A stretch of 64,000 nucleotides of DNA, taken from NCBI GenBank assembly GCA_963833095.1, contig CAWHWQ010000005.1, positions 128,001 through 192,000 on the forward strand, read 5' to 3'. The notes beneath the pieces were generated by a model. It worked only from the letters and a program-made list of their open reading frames with translations, searched no databases and was not told the origin of the DNA. The DNA comes from Vulcanimicrobiota bacterium (GTDB lineage: Bacteria; Vulcanimicrobiota; Vulcanimicrobiia; Vulcanimicrobiales; Vulcanimicrobiaceae). The position numbers and the translations under genes were made by a program. This document shows positions 29,468 through 39,325 of this stretch, piece after piece. Numbering within the stretch: the stretch's first letter is position 1; every line of letters starts with the position of its first letter.

Positions 29468-31454
29468 GGCTAGCGTCATTCAACGTATCGTCACCAGCGC
29501 ATTTCGGATCGAACGCAACGGGGTCGAGCCGGTCTTCGCCGTGCGCTCGGGCATCGGCGTCGCAGTCGCGCTCCTTGCCGGCTTTGCCAGCGGCGTCCCG
29601 ATCTATGCCGTCGCCGCCGGTATCGGCGCGTTCAGCGTGGGGTTCGCATCGCTGCAGGGCGTGTATCGCACACGCGCCGGCACGATGCTCGGCATGGCGT
29701 TTGCAATGGCATTATCGACGGCGGTTGCATCGCTCTGCTCGCATTCGGCCGAACTCGCGATCTTGGCGCTGGCGGTTTGGGGCTTTGGCTATGGGATGAT
29801 CGCCGCGCTCGGGCCAGGCGCCTCTGCGATCGGCGTGAATGCAACGACCGCGTTGATCATCTTCGAACGCTATCCAATGCCGCTACACGTTGCGGCAATG
29901 GTGGCGCTCATCATGTTTGGCGGCGGTTTGCTCCAGACGCTTTTGCTCGTCATACTCTGGCCGATTGAGCGCTATCCGCAAGAACGGCACGCGCTCGCCG
30001 ACGCCTATCGCGAGCTTGGCCAGTACGCGCAAGCCGGCGACGCGTCGACGCGTGTGCCCTCTACCACCGAGCTCATCGCGGTTCGTAAGACGCTAGCCGA
30101 TCCGCGGCCTTTCGGACGTCCGCTCGTACTCGCCGCGTTTCAGAGCCTCCTCGATGAAGCCGTTCGCATCCGCGCGTCGCTCGCGCTGCTTACGACCGTC
30201 GGCGGCGACAAGTATGCGCGCCTTCGTCCGGTGATCGCGCGAGCGCTCGATGCAATCGCGCGAGCGCTCGACGATGCGCATGCACCCGACGACGACGCGC
30301 TGTACGGCATGCTCAACACCGAGACGAACGATCCCAACCTGCGCGCGCTCTACGGACAGATCCGCGCTGCATGGCGATCCGCGAGCGTTCCGCTCGGCCG
30401 ATTCGCGTTGCCCGAACTCCACTATCCGACACGCCTGCCGAGCTTCAAGAGCTCGGTAACCGTGCTGCGCGAGCATTTCCATCTCCGTTCGGCGTTTGGG
30501 CGGCATGCGGTTCGCCTCGCTGTAACGCTCGCGGCAGCGGGCGTGCTTGGCGATATCTTGCCGGTTCAGCGCGGCTACTGGATCACCCTGACCGCCGTGC
30601 TCGTCTTGCGCCCCGATTTTACGACAACGCTCTCGCGCGGCGTTGCGCGCATCGCCGGAACAATCGTGGGCGTCGTCGCTGCCACGGCAATCGTCCTTGC
30701 CGTCCCGAATACACCGCATATCACGCTGGCACTGGCGATCTTCTTTGCTGCGATCAGCTATGCCGCGTTCCAACTCAATTATGGCATCTTCAGTCTGACG
30801 GTTACTGCGTACGTTGTTTTCTTGCTGGCGCTCTTAGGAACGCCCGAATCCACCGCAGTGCAAAACCGCTTGGTAGCGACAGTCATCGGGGGTCTCCTCG
30901 CGATTGGATCGTATCTTATCTGGCCAACCTGGGAGTCGCCGCGCACGGTCGCGAATTTGCGCGCGCTCATAAACGGCTCGCTCGACTACACGCGTCTTCT
31001 ACTCATCGGTTTGATCGATCCAAGCGCGCGCGACCTTACGAAGATGCGGGGAGTGCGCGCGAAACTCTGGAGCGTGCGTGCGAACGCAGGGGAATCGCTC
31101 GAGCGCATGCTCAGCGAACCCGGAGGCACCCACGAAATCGATCCGGACACCGCACTCGGCCTCATGGCCGCATCCGAGCGCCTCGGTCTTGCCAACACAG
31201 CGCTTTCGAGCCTCTATCAAGATTCGCAGACGGCGGCCTTTCCCGCGCTTGCACCGCTTGCGGCCGCGCTGGCGAGCGCCTCGATCGATGGAGCGACGGG
31301 ATTACGCGAGGCTTATGCGCAGGTCGCGAGCGCTCTCGAACCCGGCACCGATGACACGACGCAAGCGCTGCTCACGGCGTGCGACCGCATCGTCGACAGC
31401 ACGAACACGATTGTCGAACTGTGGGGAAGAGCGACGCCCGCGACGAAGCTCTAG
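29466..31454 (+). CDS. FUSC/YccS-family membrane protein
   Basis: RHAVRLAV, GYWITLTAVLVLRP, RIAGTIVG, RLVATVIG. Confidence 0.88.
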   Translation: MASVIQRIVTSAFRIERNGVEPVFAVRSGIGVAVALLAGFASGVPIYAVAAGIGAFSVGFASLQGVYRTRAGTMLGMAFAMALSTAVASLCSHSAELAILALAVWGFGYGMIAALGPGASAIGVNATTALIIFERYPMPLHVAAMVALIMFGGGLLQTLLLVILWPIERYPQERHALADAYRELGQYAQAGDASTRVPSTTELIAVRKTLADPRPFGRPLVLAAFQSLLDEAVRIRASLALLTTVGGDKYARLRPVIARALDAIARALDDAHAPDDDALYGMLNTETNDPNLRALYGQIRAAWRSASVPLGRFALPELHYPTRLPSFKSSVTVLREHFHLRSAFGRHAVRLAVTLAAAGVLGDILPVQRGYWITLTAVLVLRPDFTTTLSRGVARIAGTIVGVVAATAIVLAVPNTPHITLALAIFFAAISYAAFQLNYGIFSLTVTAYVVFLLALLGTPESTAVQNRLVATVIGGLLAIGSYLIWPTWESPRTVANLRALINGSLDYTRLLLIGLIDPSARDLTKMRGVRAKLWSVRANAGESLERMLSEPGGTHEIDPDTALGLMAASERLGLANTALSSLYQDSQTAAFPALAPLAAALASASIDGATGLREAYAQVASALEPGTDDTTQALLTACDRIVDSTNTIVELWGRATPATKL

Positions 31455-31457
31455 CAT

Positions 31458-33131
31458 GTGCCTGAATACGTGTATTCCATGTTTCGCGTCGGCAAAACGG
31501 TGCCGCCGAAGCGTCAGATTCTCAAGGATATTTCACTGAGCTTTTTTCCCGGCGCAAAGATCGGGATTCTCGGTCTCAACGGTGCGGGAAAGTCCTCGCT
31601 GCTGCGCATCATGGCCGGCGTCGATACCGAGTTCGACGGCGACGCCGCGCCCGCGGCGAATCTGACGATCGGTTATTTGGAACAAGAGCCCAAACTCGAT
31701 CCCGAGATGACCGTGCGCGAAGCCGTCGAGGAAGGCTTGGGTGAGTTGATCGCGGCGCGCAAGCGCCTCGAGGAACTCTACGCCGAGTACGGCGATCCCG
31801 ACGCCGATTTCGACAAGCTTGCCGAAGAGCAGTCCAAGCTCGAAGCGGTGTCTGCAAGCTGCGGGCGACGATCTCGATCAACAGCTCGAGATCGCGGCCG
31901 ACGCGCTGCGTCTGCCGCCATGGGATGCGAAGATCGGGCCGCTCTCCGGCGGCGAGAAGCGCCGCGTCGCGCTATGCCGTTTGCTGCTCTCGAAGCCCGA
32001 CATGCTGCTGCTCGACGAACCGACCAACCATCTCGACGCCGGAGAGCGTGGAGTGGCTCGAACAGTTCTTGCAGCGCTTTCCGGGCACGGTTGTTGCGGT
32101 GACGCACGATCGCTACTTCCTCGACAACGCCGCCGAGTGGATTCTCGAGCTCGATCGCGGGCGCGGGATCCCATGGAAGGGCAACTACAGTTCGTGGCTC
32201 GATCAGAAACAGGAGCGGCTCGCCGGAGAAGAAGCCGCCGAATCCGCGCGTCAGAAAGCGCTCAAGCGCGAACTCGAATGGGTGCGCCAAAACGCGAAGG
32301 GCCGCCAGTCCAAGAGCAAGAGCCGCATCGCGCGCTTCGAGGAGCTCTCGAGCTACGAGTATCAGAAGCGCAACGAGACGCAAGAGATCTTCATTCCGGT
32401 CGCCGAGCGCTTGGGCGAAAAGGTCATCGAGTTCAAGCGGCGTGCGCAAAGGCTACGGCGACCGGCTGTTGATGGACGACGTCAGCTTCGTCATTCCGCC
32501 CGGCGCGATCGTCGGCATCATCGGGCCCAACGGCGCCGGCAAGTCGACGCTCTTCCGTATGATCGCCGGGCAAAGAGCAGCCCGACGCGGGCGAGATCAC
32601 GATCGGCCCGAGCGTGAAGCTCGCGGTCGTCGATCAGAGCCGCGACGTCGCTCGACAACAGCAAGACCGTGTTCGAAGACGTCAGCGGCGGGCTCGATCT
32701 CCTGCAAGTCGGCCGCTTCGAGATGCAGTCGCGGGCGTATCTTGGCCGCTTCAACTTCAAAGGCGGCGATCAGCAGAAGCACGTCGGCACAGCTCTCGGG
32801 CGGCGAACGCGGCCGCCTGCATCTTGCCAAGACGCTGCTCACCGGCGCGAACGTGCTGCTGCTCGACGAGCCCTCGAACGACCTCGACGTCGAAACGCTG
32901 CGCGCGCTCGAGGATGCCCTGGGCGAGTTTGCCGGAACGGTTCTTGTCACCAGCCACGATCGCTGGTTCCTCGATCGCATCGCGACGCACATCCTCGCCT
33001 TCGAAGGCGACTGCCGCGTCGTCTTCTTCGAAGGCAACTATCACGAATACGAAGCCAACAAGATCAAGCGACTGGGCGAAGAGGCGGCGCGCCCCAACCG
33101 CATTCGCTACCGCCCACTAACGCTGAACTAG
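31458..33131 (+). CDS. ettA: ABC-F translational throttle protein EttA, split by about 6 frameshifts
   Basis: Fragments in alternating frames: [86 protein letters not shown]; probably assembly indels. Confidence 0.9.
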
Positions 33132-33274
33132 GCGTCGCGCACGGCGACATAGATCGCGCGGAAGGCTTGCGCGGTCTCCTCGTCATCCCAATCGCCGCTG
33201 TGGTTGTCCAGCATCGAAGCCGTCAACTCTGCGGCGACCTTCTTTAACTCGATCTGCTCCTGCGTGGATAACAT
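33128..33274 (-). CDS. 48-aa acidic helical hypothetical protein
   Basis: [20 protein letters not shown]...[11 protein letters not shown]; strong SD AAGGAGGAGG. Confidence 0.65.
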   Translation of the reverse strand: MLSTQEQIELKKVAAELTASMLDNHSGDWDDEETAQAFRAIYVAVRDA

Positions 33275-33540
33275 CACTCCTCCTCCTTCGACGAGAGTGT
33301 CTACAGCCACCATCGGGATTGGTTTCGCCGGGCGCTTCGATCGAAATACACCACAGCGATGCGCCCGTCACCGGTCTCGAATTTCGAACCAATGCTTCCT
33401 GACGTAGGTGTCGCCGCGGTCGTCTTTGGTCGAGCCGCTCACCCTCGTAGGTGAAAGCCACGGGCAGCGAGGGCTCTCCCTGCGCCAATGTGGAGACATC
33501 GAGCGCCTTCAGGCGCGATCGGTTTTCCGACGAATCCCAT
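33273..33540 (-). pseudogene. Disrupted DUF6504-like small protein
   Basis: Stitched frames read GEPSLPVAFTYEGERL...DTYVRKHWFE..TGDGRIAVVYFDRSARRNQSRWWL*TLSSKEEE*; frameshifts, apparent internal deletion and an in-frame TAG. Confidence 0.55.
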
Positions 33541-36500
33541 GCCGCGATGGTTTTGGCGAGGGCGTCGGTGACGGCAATGCATTGAAACGCGAGCCTAAAG
33601 CATCGAGCTCGTCGTGATACCGCTGCATCAGCGCCTCCTGCGCGCTGGTTGGTCCGTCGTAGGCGGTCGCCATGATGTGGCGCAGGTACGCGATCTGATC
33701 GATCACTTTGGCCGGCTGTTTATAGCCGGCGTTCTCGCTGCCGTTTCCGTTGCGCAGCTCATCAGCCAATGCGGCGTATTTCCCGCCGTGGCCCTTTAAT
33801 TTCGCGAGCCAGACTTCGCCGCGTTCCTGATCTTCGGCCAGCGATTCGAGCGCGTTGTACTGGGCCTGCAGTTGCGCAGTGGTCGCCTTCGTTTGCGGAT
33901 CGAGTCGCACGGTCAGCGGAACACTCAACGTCGCGCCACGCGCCTCCACGCGCACCGTGTAGGTACCGGGCAGCACCTGCGGTCCTTCGATCGTAAGCGG
34001 ATAAAAGACGTAGTACGGCCGCGAATCTTGCTTGGTGTTCGAATAGCCCGGTGCATCGGTCGCCAGATCCCACACGACGCGATTTAGACCGCCATCTGCC
34101 GTGCCGTCGAGATGGCGAATCACCTTCCCCGAGCGGTCGAGAATCTCGATCGCCACTTTTTCTTTTTTGGGCTTCTTCTTCGTCCCTCGCCTTGCTTGTC
34201 CTGAGCGAGCGGAGCGAGTCGAAGGGCTCGGGATGACAAGAGGCTTGAGATAGTACGAGATTACGGCGCCGTACGGCTTGTTGTCCGCGACGAACGCATT
34301 TTGCCCGATGTCGTGATAGGGACGCGCGGTGTAACGCCACGCGTCCGCCGGTGCAAAGAGCGCAACCTCGCCCTGCACCGCGCGCGCGAGGCCTTCGAGC
34401 GGCCCGATATCGTCGAGAATCGCAAAGCCGCGGCCGTGCGTTCCGGCGATCAAGTCGTTGGCGTCAGGTTGAATCTGCAGATCGTAAACAGGCACGTGAT
34501 TCATGCCGAGACGTGCGTCATGCCAGTGCGCGCCGCGATCGAACGACACCCACATGCCGTCTTCGGTTCCCGCAAAAAGGAGCGACGGTGCGCGCGGATC
34601 CTCGCGCACGACATACGCCCACAACGGCAACCCGGCATCGATCCGCGTCCAGGTCGAACCGCCGTCACGTGTGGTAAAAATGTAAGGACGCGTGTCGCCG
34701 AGTCGATGCGCGTCGAAGGTCACGTAGGCGACGTTTGCATCGATCGCCGACGCCTCGATCGACGCGGCGATCGCATGCGCGGGAACACCGGTGATGTTCT
34801 TGCCGACGTCACTCCAGGTCGCGCCGTCGTCGACCGTGCGATCGACGTGCCCATCGTCGGTTCCAACCCAAAGATTGCCGGCGTGCGGTCCTTGCGCGAT
34901 CGCGAAGATCGTGCAGTACGTTTCGGCGTTGGTATTGTCGTGTGTGATGGGCCCGCCGCTCGGCAATAGCCACGATGGATCGCACGGTTGCGTAAGGTCA
35001 GGACTGATGACGCTCCACGACTGCCCGGCATCGCGCGACCGGAAAAGGACGTTGCCGCCGTAGTAGATGGTGCCCGGCTCGCGTTGCGAGACGAGGAGCG
35101 GTGCGCTCCAGTTGAAGCGGTATTTCGAGCTGCCCGCGCCGGCACCGAATGTAATGACCGGCTGAGGCGAAATGTAGCGCGCCTCGCCGTCGCGCAAATC
35201 ACGCCGCGTCACATCGCCGAAGTGCGTGTCCTCATAAATGATGTCCGGGTCGCGCGGGTCGGGCAACACGTACTGCCCGTCGCCCCAATCGGAGATGTTC
35301 TTCCACGACCCGCCATCGACGCCGGTATCGTTCCACAGCGTGTTTGGCCCCCACCAGACTTCATGATCCTGCATCCCGCCCATCACGTGGTAGGGGACCG
35401 CGCGATCGTAGCCCACGCGATAAATCTGGCCGAACGGCATCGTATTGATGAACGACCACGTCTTTCCATCATCGTTGCTCAGATCGAATCCCATATCGCT
35501 GCCGAGCAGCACGCGTTTGGGATTGGTGGGATCGATCCACACGTCGTGATTGTCGCCGCCCGCCTCGACGCCTTTGAAATGTTTGCCACCATCGGTCGAG
35601 CGTTTGAGTTCGCCGGAAATATTCCACACCACGTTGGGCCGATCGGGATCGACCCGAATTTGGCTGAAGTAGAACGGACGAAAGACCAGATCCTGATCGG
35701 CATTGACCAAGCGCCACTGCACACCGCCGTCGTCTGAGCGATAGAGCATGCCTTTGCGCGTCGGGACGATCGCGTACACGACGTTGGGATGATGCGCGCT
35801 AATCGATAGGCCGACGCGATTGATGGTGCCGCCGGGAAGTCCGTCGTGACGGGCCGGATCGGTCAGCTTCGTCCAGTGCAGGCCGCCATCCGTCGAGCGA
35901 TACAAGCCGCTGCCCGGGCCGCCGCCGCGAAACGTCCATGGACGGCGCAGATAATCGAAGGTTCCCGCCAGTGCAACGTTGGGATTCTCGGGATCGAACG
36001 CTACGTCGCTGCCGCCGGTTGTCGGGTTGACGTACAACACGCGTTGCCAGCTCTTGCCGCCATCGCTGGTGCGATAGATGCCGCGCTGGCCGCCCGGCGA
36101 AAACTCGGGGCCCATTGCCGCAACGAGCGCGACGTCGGGATCCGTCGGATCGATCGCGATCTTGGCCACGTGTTGCGTGCCCGCAAGGCCCAGCGAGCGC
36201 CATGTTTTGCCGCCGTCGTTCGATCGGTACACCCCGTCGCCGAGCGCTGCGGTGTTGCGTGGAAATCCTTCGCCCGTGCCGATGTACACGATGCGCGGAT
36301 TTGACGGCGCAACCGCCACCGCGCCGATCGAGGTCGAGCGGCCGGCGTCGAAAATCGGATCGAACGTCATCCCGCCATCGGTCGATTCGTACAGTCCACC
36401 GGATGAATGCGCAAGATACATCGTGTTCGAATCGCCGGGCACACCTGCGACCGCATCGAGCCTGCCGCCCATGACAGCTGGGCCGATGACGCGCCACTTG

Positions 36501-36634
36501 AGCGAACCAAGATCTGCGGGCGAAATCGTCGCAGTCGGCCTCGTCTGTGCCGAGTACGCGGCATGTCGGACCGAGGGCACGGCGCAGCCGGAAACGGCGA
36601 TGCATGCAAACACGGCAAGACGACGCAGATTCAT
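33509..36634 (-). CDS. Secreted VPS10/BNR (Asp-box) repeat protein, glycosyl hydrolase-like
   Basis: Lipobox VSG-C, WRVIGPAVMGGR, many S.DGG.TW Asp-boxes, GGMQD, GTHGRG. Confidence 0.88.
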   Translation of the reverse strand: MNLRRLAVFACIAVSGCAVPSVRHAAYSAQTRPTATISPADLGSLKWRVIGPAVMGGRLDAVAGVPGDSNTMYLAHSSGGLYESTDGGMTFDPIFDAGRSTSIGAVAVAPSNPRIVYIGTGEGFPRNTAALGDGVYRSNDGGKTWRSLGLAGTQHVAKIAIDPTDPDVALVAAMGPEFSPGGQRGIYRTSDGGKSWQRVLYVNPTTGGSDVAFDPENPNVALAGTFDYLRRPWTFRGGGPGSGLYRSTDGGLHWTKLTDPARHDGLPGGTINRVGLSISAHHPNVVYAIVPTRKGMLYRSDDGGVQWRLVNADQDLVFRPFYFSQIRVDPDRPNVVWNISGELKRSTDGGKHFKGVEAGGDNHDVWIDPTNPKRVLLGSDMGFDLSNDDGKTWSFINTMPFGQIYRVGYDRAVPYHVMGGMQDHEVWWGPNTLWNDTGVDGGSWKNISDWGDGQYVLPDPRDPDIIYEDTHFGDVTRRDLRDGEARYISPQPVITFGAGAGSSKYRFNWSAPLLVSQREPGTIYYGGNVLFRSRDAGQSWSVISPDLTQPCDPSWLLPSGGPITHDNTNAETYCTIFAIAQGPHAGNLWVGTDDGHVDRTVDDGATWSDVGKNITGVPAHAIAASIEASAIDANVAYVTFDAHRLGDTRPYIFTTRDGGSTWTRIDAGLPLWAYVVREDPRAPSLLFAGTEDGMWVSFDRGAHWHDARLGMNHVPVYDLQIQPDANDLIAGTHGRGFAILDDIGPLEGLARAVQGEVALFAPADAWRYTARPYHDIGQNAFVADNKPYGAVISYYLKPLVIPSPSTRSARSGQARRGTKKKPKKEKVAIEILDRSGKVIRHLDGTADGGLNRVVWDLATDAPGYSNTKQDSRPYYVFYPLTIEGPQVLPGTYTVRVEARGATLSVPLTVRLDPQTKATTAQLQAQYNALESLAEDQERGEVWLAKLKGHGGKYAALADELRNGNGSENAGYKQPAKVIDQIAYLRHIMATAYDGPTSAQEALMQRYHDELDALGSRFNALPSPTPSPKPSRHGIRRKTDRA
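34183..34240 (-). repeat. REP-like palindromic element inside the VPS10 gene
   Basis: Minus strand GTCATCCCGAGC-CCTTCGACTCGCTCCGCTCGCTCAGGACAAGC-AAGGCGAGGGA; shares TCCTGAGCG...AGTCGAAGG with 42123-42163. Confidence 0.7.
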
Positions 36635-36658
36635 GTGCGCCGCATTCGCACTCGGGTA

Positions 36659-37996
36659 TTAGCTCTCCTCAATCGTCGGTTCGACCCCGGCGAACGCGAG
36701 TACGACACGCAGGCCGCTGCCGGTATTCACGAGCATCACCGTACCGTCCGAGCGTTCCACACCGCGCCGTACGATCGAAAGCCCAAGACCCGTTCCGTCG
36801 GTACCAACACTTGCATCGCCGCGATAGAAGCGGTCAAAAGCGTGCTCGATATCTTCTTCGCTCATGCCGGGACCGCGGTCTTCAACACTGACCGAGGCGC
36901 GCGTGCCATCGTGTTCGACGGTGACGTTCACCGGGCCCGAGGGCGCGTACTTGAGGGCGTTTTCGATCAGCGCGCTCAGCGCGTCGATGACCTCGCTTGG
37001 GTTAACACGAGCATAGGTTTCGCCGTTCGTACGGAGCTGGACACGATCGTATCCGCCGTCGCGAAACGTCGCGACGACATTTTCTGCGAGTTGCTTGACG
37101 TCCACCGCGTAGACGGCGCGCTCACCATGTTCGAGTCGCGCAAGGATGATCAGATCGTCGATGATCGCCTTCATCCGCCGGCTTTGCGCCAGCATGTTGG
37201 CAAAGATCGTCTGCTCGCGCGGCGTCTTGGCTTGCAGCGCGCTGACATGCCCCATCAGCACCGTAAGCGGTGTGCGCAGTTGATGACCTGCATCGGCGAC
37301 AAACTGCCGCATTTCGTCCATGGCTGCGGACCGCTCCGCAAACGCATCGGTGATTTGTCGCACGGCAGCGTTATAGGCGCGTGCAAGGTCGCCGATCTCC
37401 GTCCGCTGTCGCGTCGTCACGGCATGGGGCGTGAAATCTCCGGAAGCAAAACGCTCGAGGGCGCGCGTCGTGTTGAGCAATGGCTCGAGCGTTCGCCGAG
37501 CCACGATATTGGCGAAAAACCATGCCGGCACGAGCGCGAGGATATCAACGATGATCGCGCCGATTAGCCACTGCGTGCTGGTCGTCGCGACGTAGTCCAG
37601 GTCGGGGACGATGTCGACGCGCATCGTCCCGAACGCCACGCTTTGGGCCTGCGCGTGCGGCCCAATGCCGATTGACGAATCCGGGCCCGTTGCGAGCGGC
37701 GGCAGGGCAAACGGTCCCGAACCAAAGCCCTCGCTGGTCGCGAAGTTGACGCGCACGTGCAACCCACGCACTTGCGCTAGGACCAGCGCCTCCACGTCGA
37801 CCGGCGGCGAACCCGAAAGTGCGTATTGAAAGGCAGCGCGTGTAACCCGGAGCGACGCGAGGTTGACGTCGGCTACCACGATGTTGCGCGTCACGTCAAC
37901 GACGAAGAGCCACACGATCCCCGAGATTGTCAGTGCAAAGATCAGCCATGCGGCCAAGAACGAAGCAATGAGCCGAAGGCGGATCGACCGCAGCAT
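36659..37996 (-). CDS. Membrane sensor histidine kinase (HAMP-HisKA-HATPase)
   Basis: Two TMs, FVADAGHQLRTPL, ENALKY, DRGPGM, FDRFYRG, GTGLGLSI. Confidence 0.92.
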   Translation of the reverse strand: MLRSIRLRLIASFLAAWLIFALTISGIVWLFVVDVTRNIVVADVNLASLRVTRAAFQYALSGSPPVDVEALVLAQVRGLHVRVNFATSEGFGSGPFALPPLATGPDSSIGIGPHAQAQSVAFGTMRVDIVPDLDYVATTSTQWLIGAIIVDILALVPAWFFANIVARRTLEPLLNTTRALERFASGDFTPHAVTTRQRTEIGDLARAYNAAVRQITDAFAERSAAMDEMRQFVADAGHQLRTPLTVLMGHVSALQAKTPREQTIFANMLAQSRRMKAIIDDLIILARLEHGERAVYAVDVKQLAENVVATFRDGGYDRVQLRTNGETYARVNPSEVIDALSALIENALKYAPSGPVNVTVEHDGTRASVSVEDRGPGMSEEDIEHAFDRFYRGDASVGTDGTGLGLSIVRRGVERSDGTVMLVNTGSGLRVVLAFAGVEPTIEES

Positions 37997-38691
37997 TACT
38001 GTGGCGAGCGCAAAGCGTATCCCACGCCGCGGATCGTGTGGAGAAGCTGCTCCGCAAACCCATAGTCGATTTTATGGCGCAGGTACGAGATGTAGGTTTC
38101 GACCGCATTGCCGGTCACGCTGGAGTGATCGCCCCATACCTGCGCGATCAATTGTTCGCGCGTGAACACGCGGCGCGGTTCGCGCACGAACGTCGCAAGC
38201 AAGTCGAACTCGCGCGTGGTCAAGGTAATGGACCTGCCGTCGCGGACCGCGCGACGAGTATGCAGGTCGAGGGAGAGATCGCGGAAGGTCACGATTTCGG
38301 GTGATTCCAGTCGAGGACGGCGCAGCGCCGATCGCAGACGTGCGACCAGCTCGGGAATCTCGAACGGTTTGGCCACGTAATGATCCGCACCGCGATCGAG
38401 TCCGCGTACCTTATCGTCGGTTCCTCCCTTGGCGCTGACGATAAAGATTGGCGCTTGGGTTGTCCGGCGCAACTCGGGAAGGAGCGCGATGCCGTCGATC
38501 TTGGGCATCATGACGTCGAGCAAGATTGCGTCGGGTTCCCACTCGCGGACGAGGGCCAGGCCGCTGAAACCGTCAGGAGCGCTGCGGACCCGGAATCCGG
38601 CTTCAGCAAGTTCTAATTCGAGTAGCGTACGGATGTCGGGCTCGTCGTCGATGACGGCTACCCGGGGAATGAAGCTGTCCATGGTTCCCAT
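37996..38691 (-). CDS. OmpR-family response regulator (MprA-like)
   Basis: VAVIDDE, LLDVMMP, GADHYVAKPF, YISYLRHK, TIRGVGY; start 38691 or 38682. Confidence 0.92.
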   Translation of the reverse strand: MGTMDSFIPRVAVIDDEPDIRTLLELELAEAGFRVRSAPDGFSGLALVREWEPDAILLDVMMPKIDGIALLPELRRTTQAPIFIVSAKGGTDDKVRGLDRGADHYVAKPFEIPELVARLRSALRRPRLESPEIVTFRDLSLDLHTRRAVRDGRSITLTTREFDLLATFVREPRRVFTREQLIAQVWGDHSSVTGNAVETYISYLRHKIDYGFAEQLLHTIRGVGYALRSPQ

Positions 38692-38714
38692 GGTTCCCAA
38701 GGATAGGTTCCGAC

Positions 38715-38769
38715 GCTTGGGCCAGGCTTGGAACCCGCGCAGGCCGGCCCGCGTGCGGGGCCGTAGACT
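38715..38769 (+). promoter_or_regulatory. Candidate HiPIP-operon promoter: GCTTGG direct repeat (11-bp period) and -10 TAGACT
   Basis: GCTTGG at 38715 and 38726; TAGACT at 38764-38769. Confidence 0.4.
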
Positions 38770-38799
38770 CTGACTATGGCTGGAGAGGAGACCACCGTT

Positions 38800-39063
38800 A
38801 TGGATTCATCCAAACCCCAAACGCGCAAAGAGGCGCTCCGTACGCTAATCGTGCTGCCCGCAATGGCGGGCGCGATTGCGCTAGGCGCATCCTCGGCCGA
38901 CGCCGCGGCAAATAACCAGGCGCAGTTCAAATATCAAAACAAGCCGGGCACAAACGGCGAGAAATGCTCGGGTTGCAGTTTATTCAAGGCGCCCCACTCC
39001 TGTAGTGTGGTGACCGGAACGATCAGCCCGAACGGCTGGTGCATCGCCTGGGCCAAGAAGTAG
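38800..39063 (+). CDS. High-potential iron-sulfur protein (HiPIP), Tat-exported, copy 1
   Basis: TRKEAL Tat-like motif and ADA cleavage site; YQ...CSGC..F....C..V.G.ISPNGWC..W four-Cys motif; SD GAGGAG before ATG 38800 (alternative ATG 38776). Confidence 0.9.
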   Translation: MDSSKPQTRKEALRTLIVLPAMAGAIALGASSADAAANNQAQFKYQNKPGTNGEKCSGCSLFKAPHSCSVVTGTISPNGWCIAWAKK

Positions 39064-39064
39064 C

Positions 39065-39325
39065 ATGGATACATCCAAATCGCAAACGCGCAAAGAGGCG
39101 CTGCGCACGCTAATCGTCCTCCCCGCGCTCGCGGGTGCAATCGCCCTCGGCACCGGCACGGCCGACGCCTCCGATAACAAGAAGCAATTCCACTATCAAG
39201 ACAAGCCCGGACCCAGCGGCAGGAAGTGCGCGGGCTGCCGCTTCTTTCGAGCGCCGCATGGATGCAGCATCGTCAACGGCACGATTAGTCCTAACGGTTG
39301 GTGCATCGCCTGGGCCAAGAGATAG
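39065..39325 (+). CDS. High-potential iron-sulfur protein (HiPIP), Tat-exported, copy 2
   Basis: Same leader; YQ...CAGCRFF...GCSIVNGTISPNGWCIAW. Confidence 0.9.
   Translation: MDTSKSQTRKEALRTLIVLPALAGAIALGTGTADASDNKKQFHYQDKPGPSGRKCAGCRFFRAPHGCSIVNGTISPNGWCIAWAKR

Noticed and set aside
31458..33131. Programmed frameshifting in ettA
   Set aside because: Too many shifts, in both directions, with no slippery heptamers; better explained by assembly indels
36407..37567. Long antisense or alternate-frame ORFs (this 386-aa one, also 1768-2958, 12817-13902, 46988-47956, 55379-56425)
   Set aside because: Shadow ORFs of well-supported genes in GC-rich DNA; Arg-rich, no motifs
38680..38699. 9-bp tandem repeat ATGGTTCCC giving MGTMGTM
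   Set aside because: Only two copies; affects start choice but gives no evidence of phase variation
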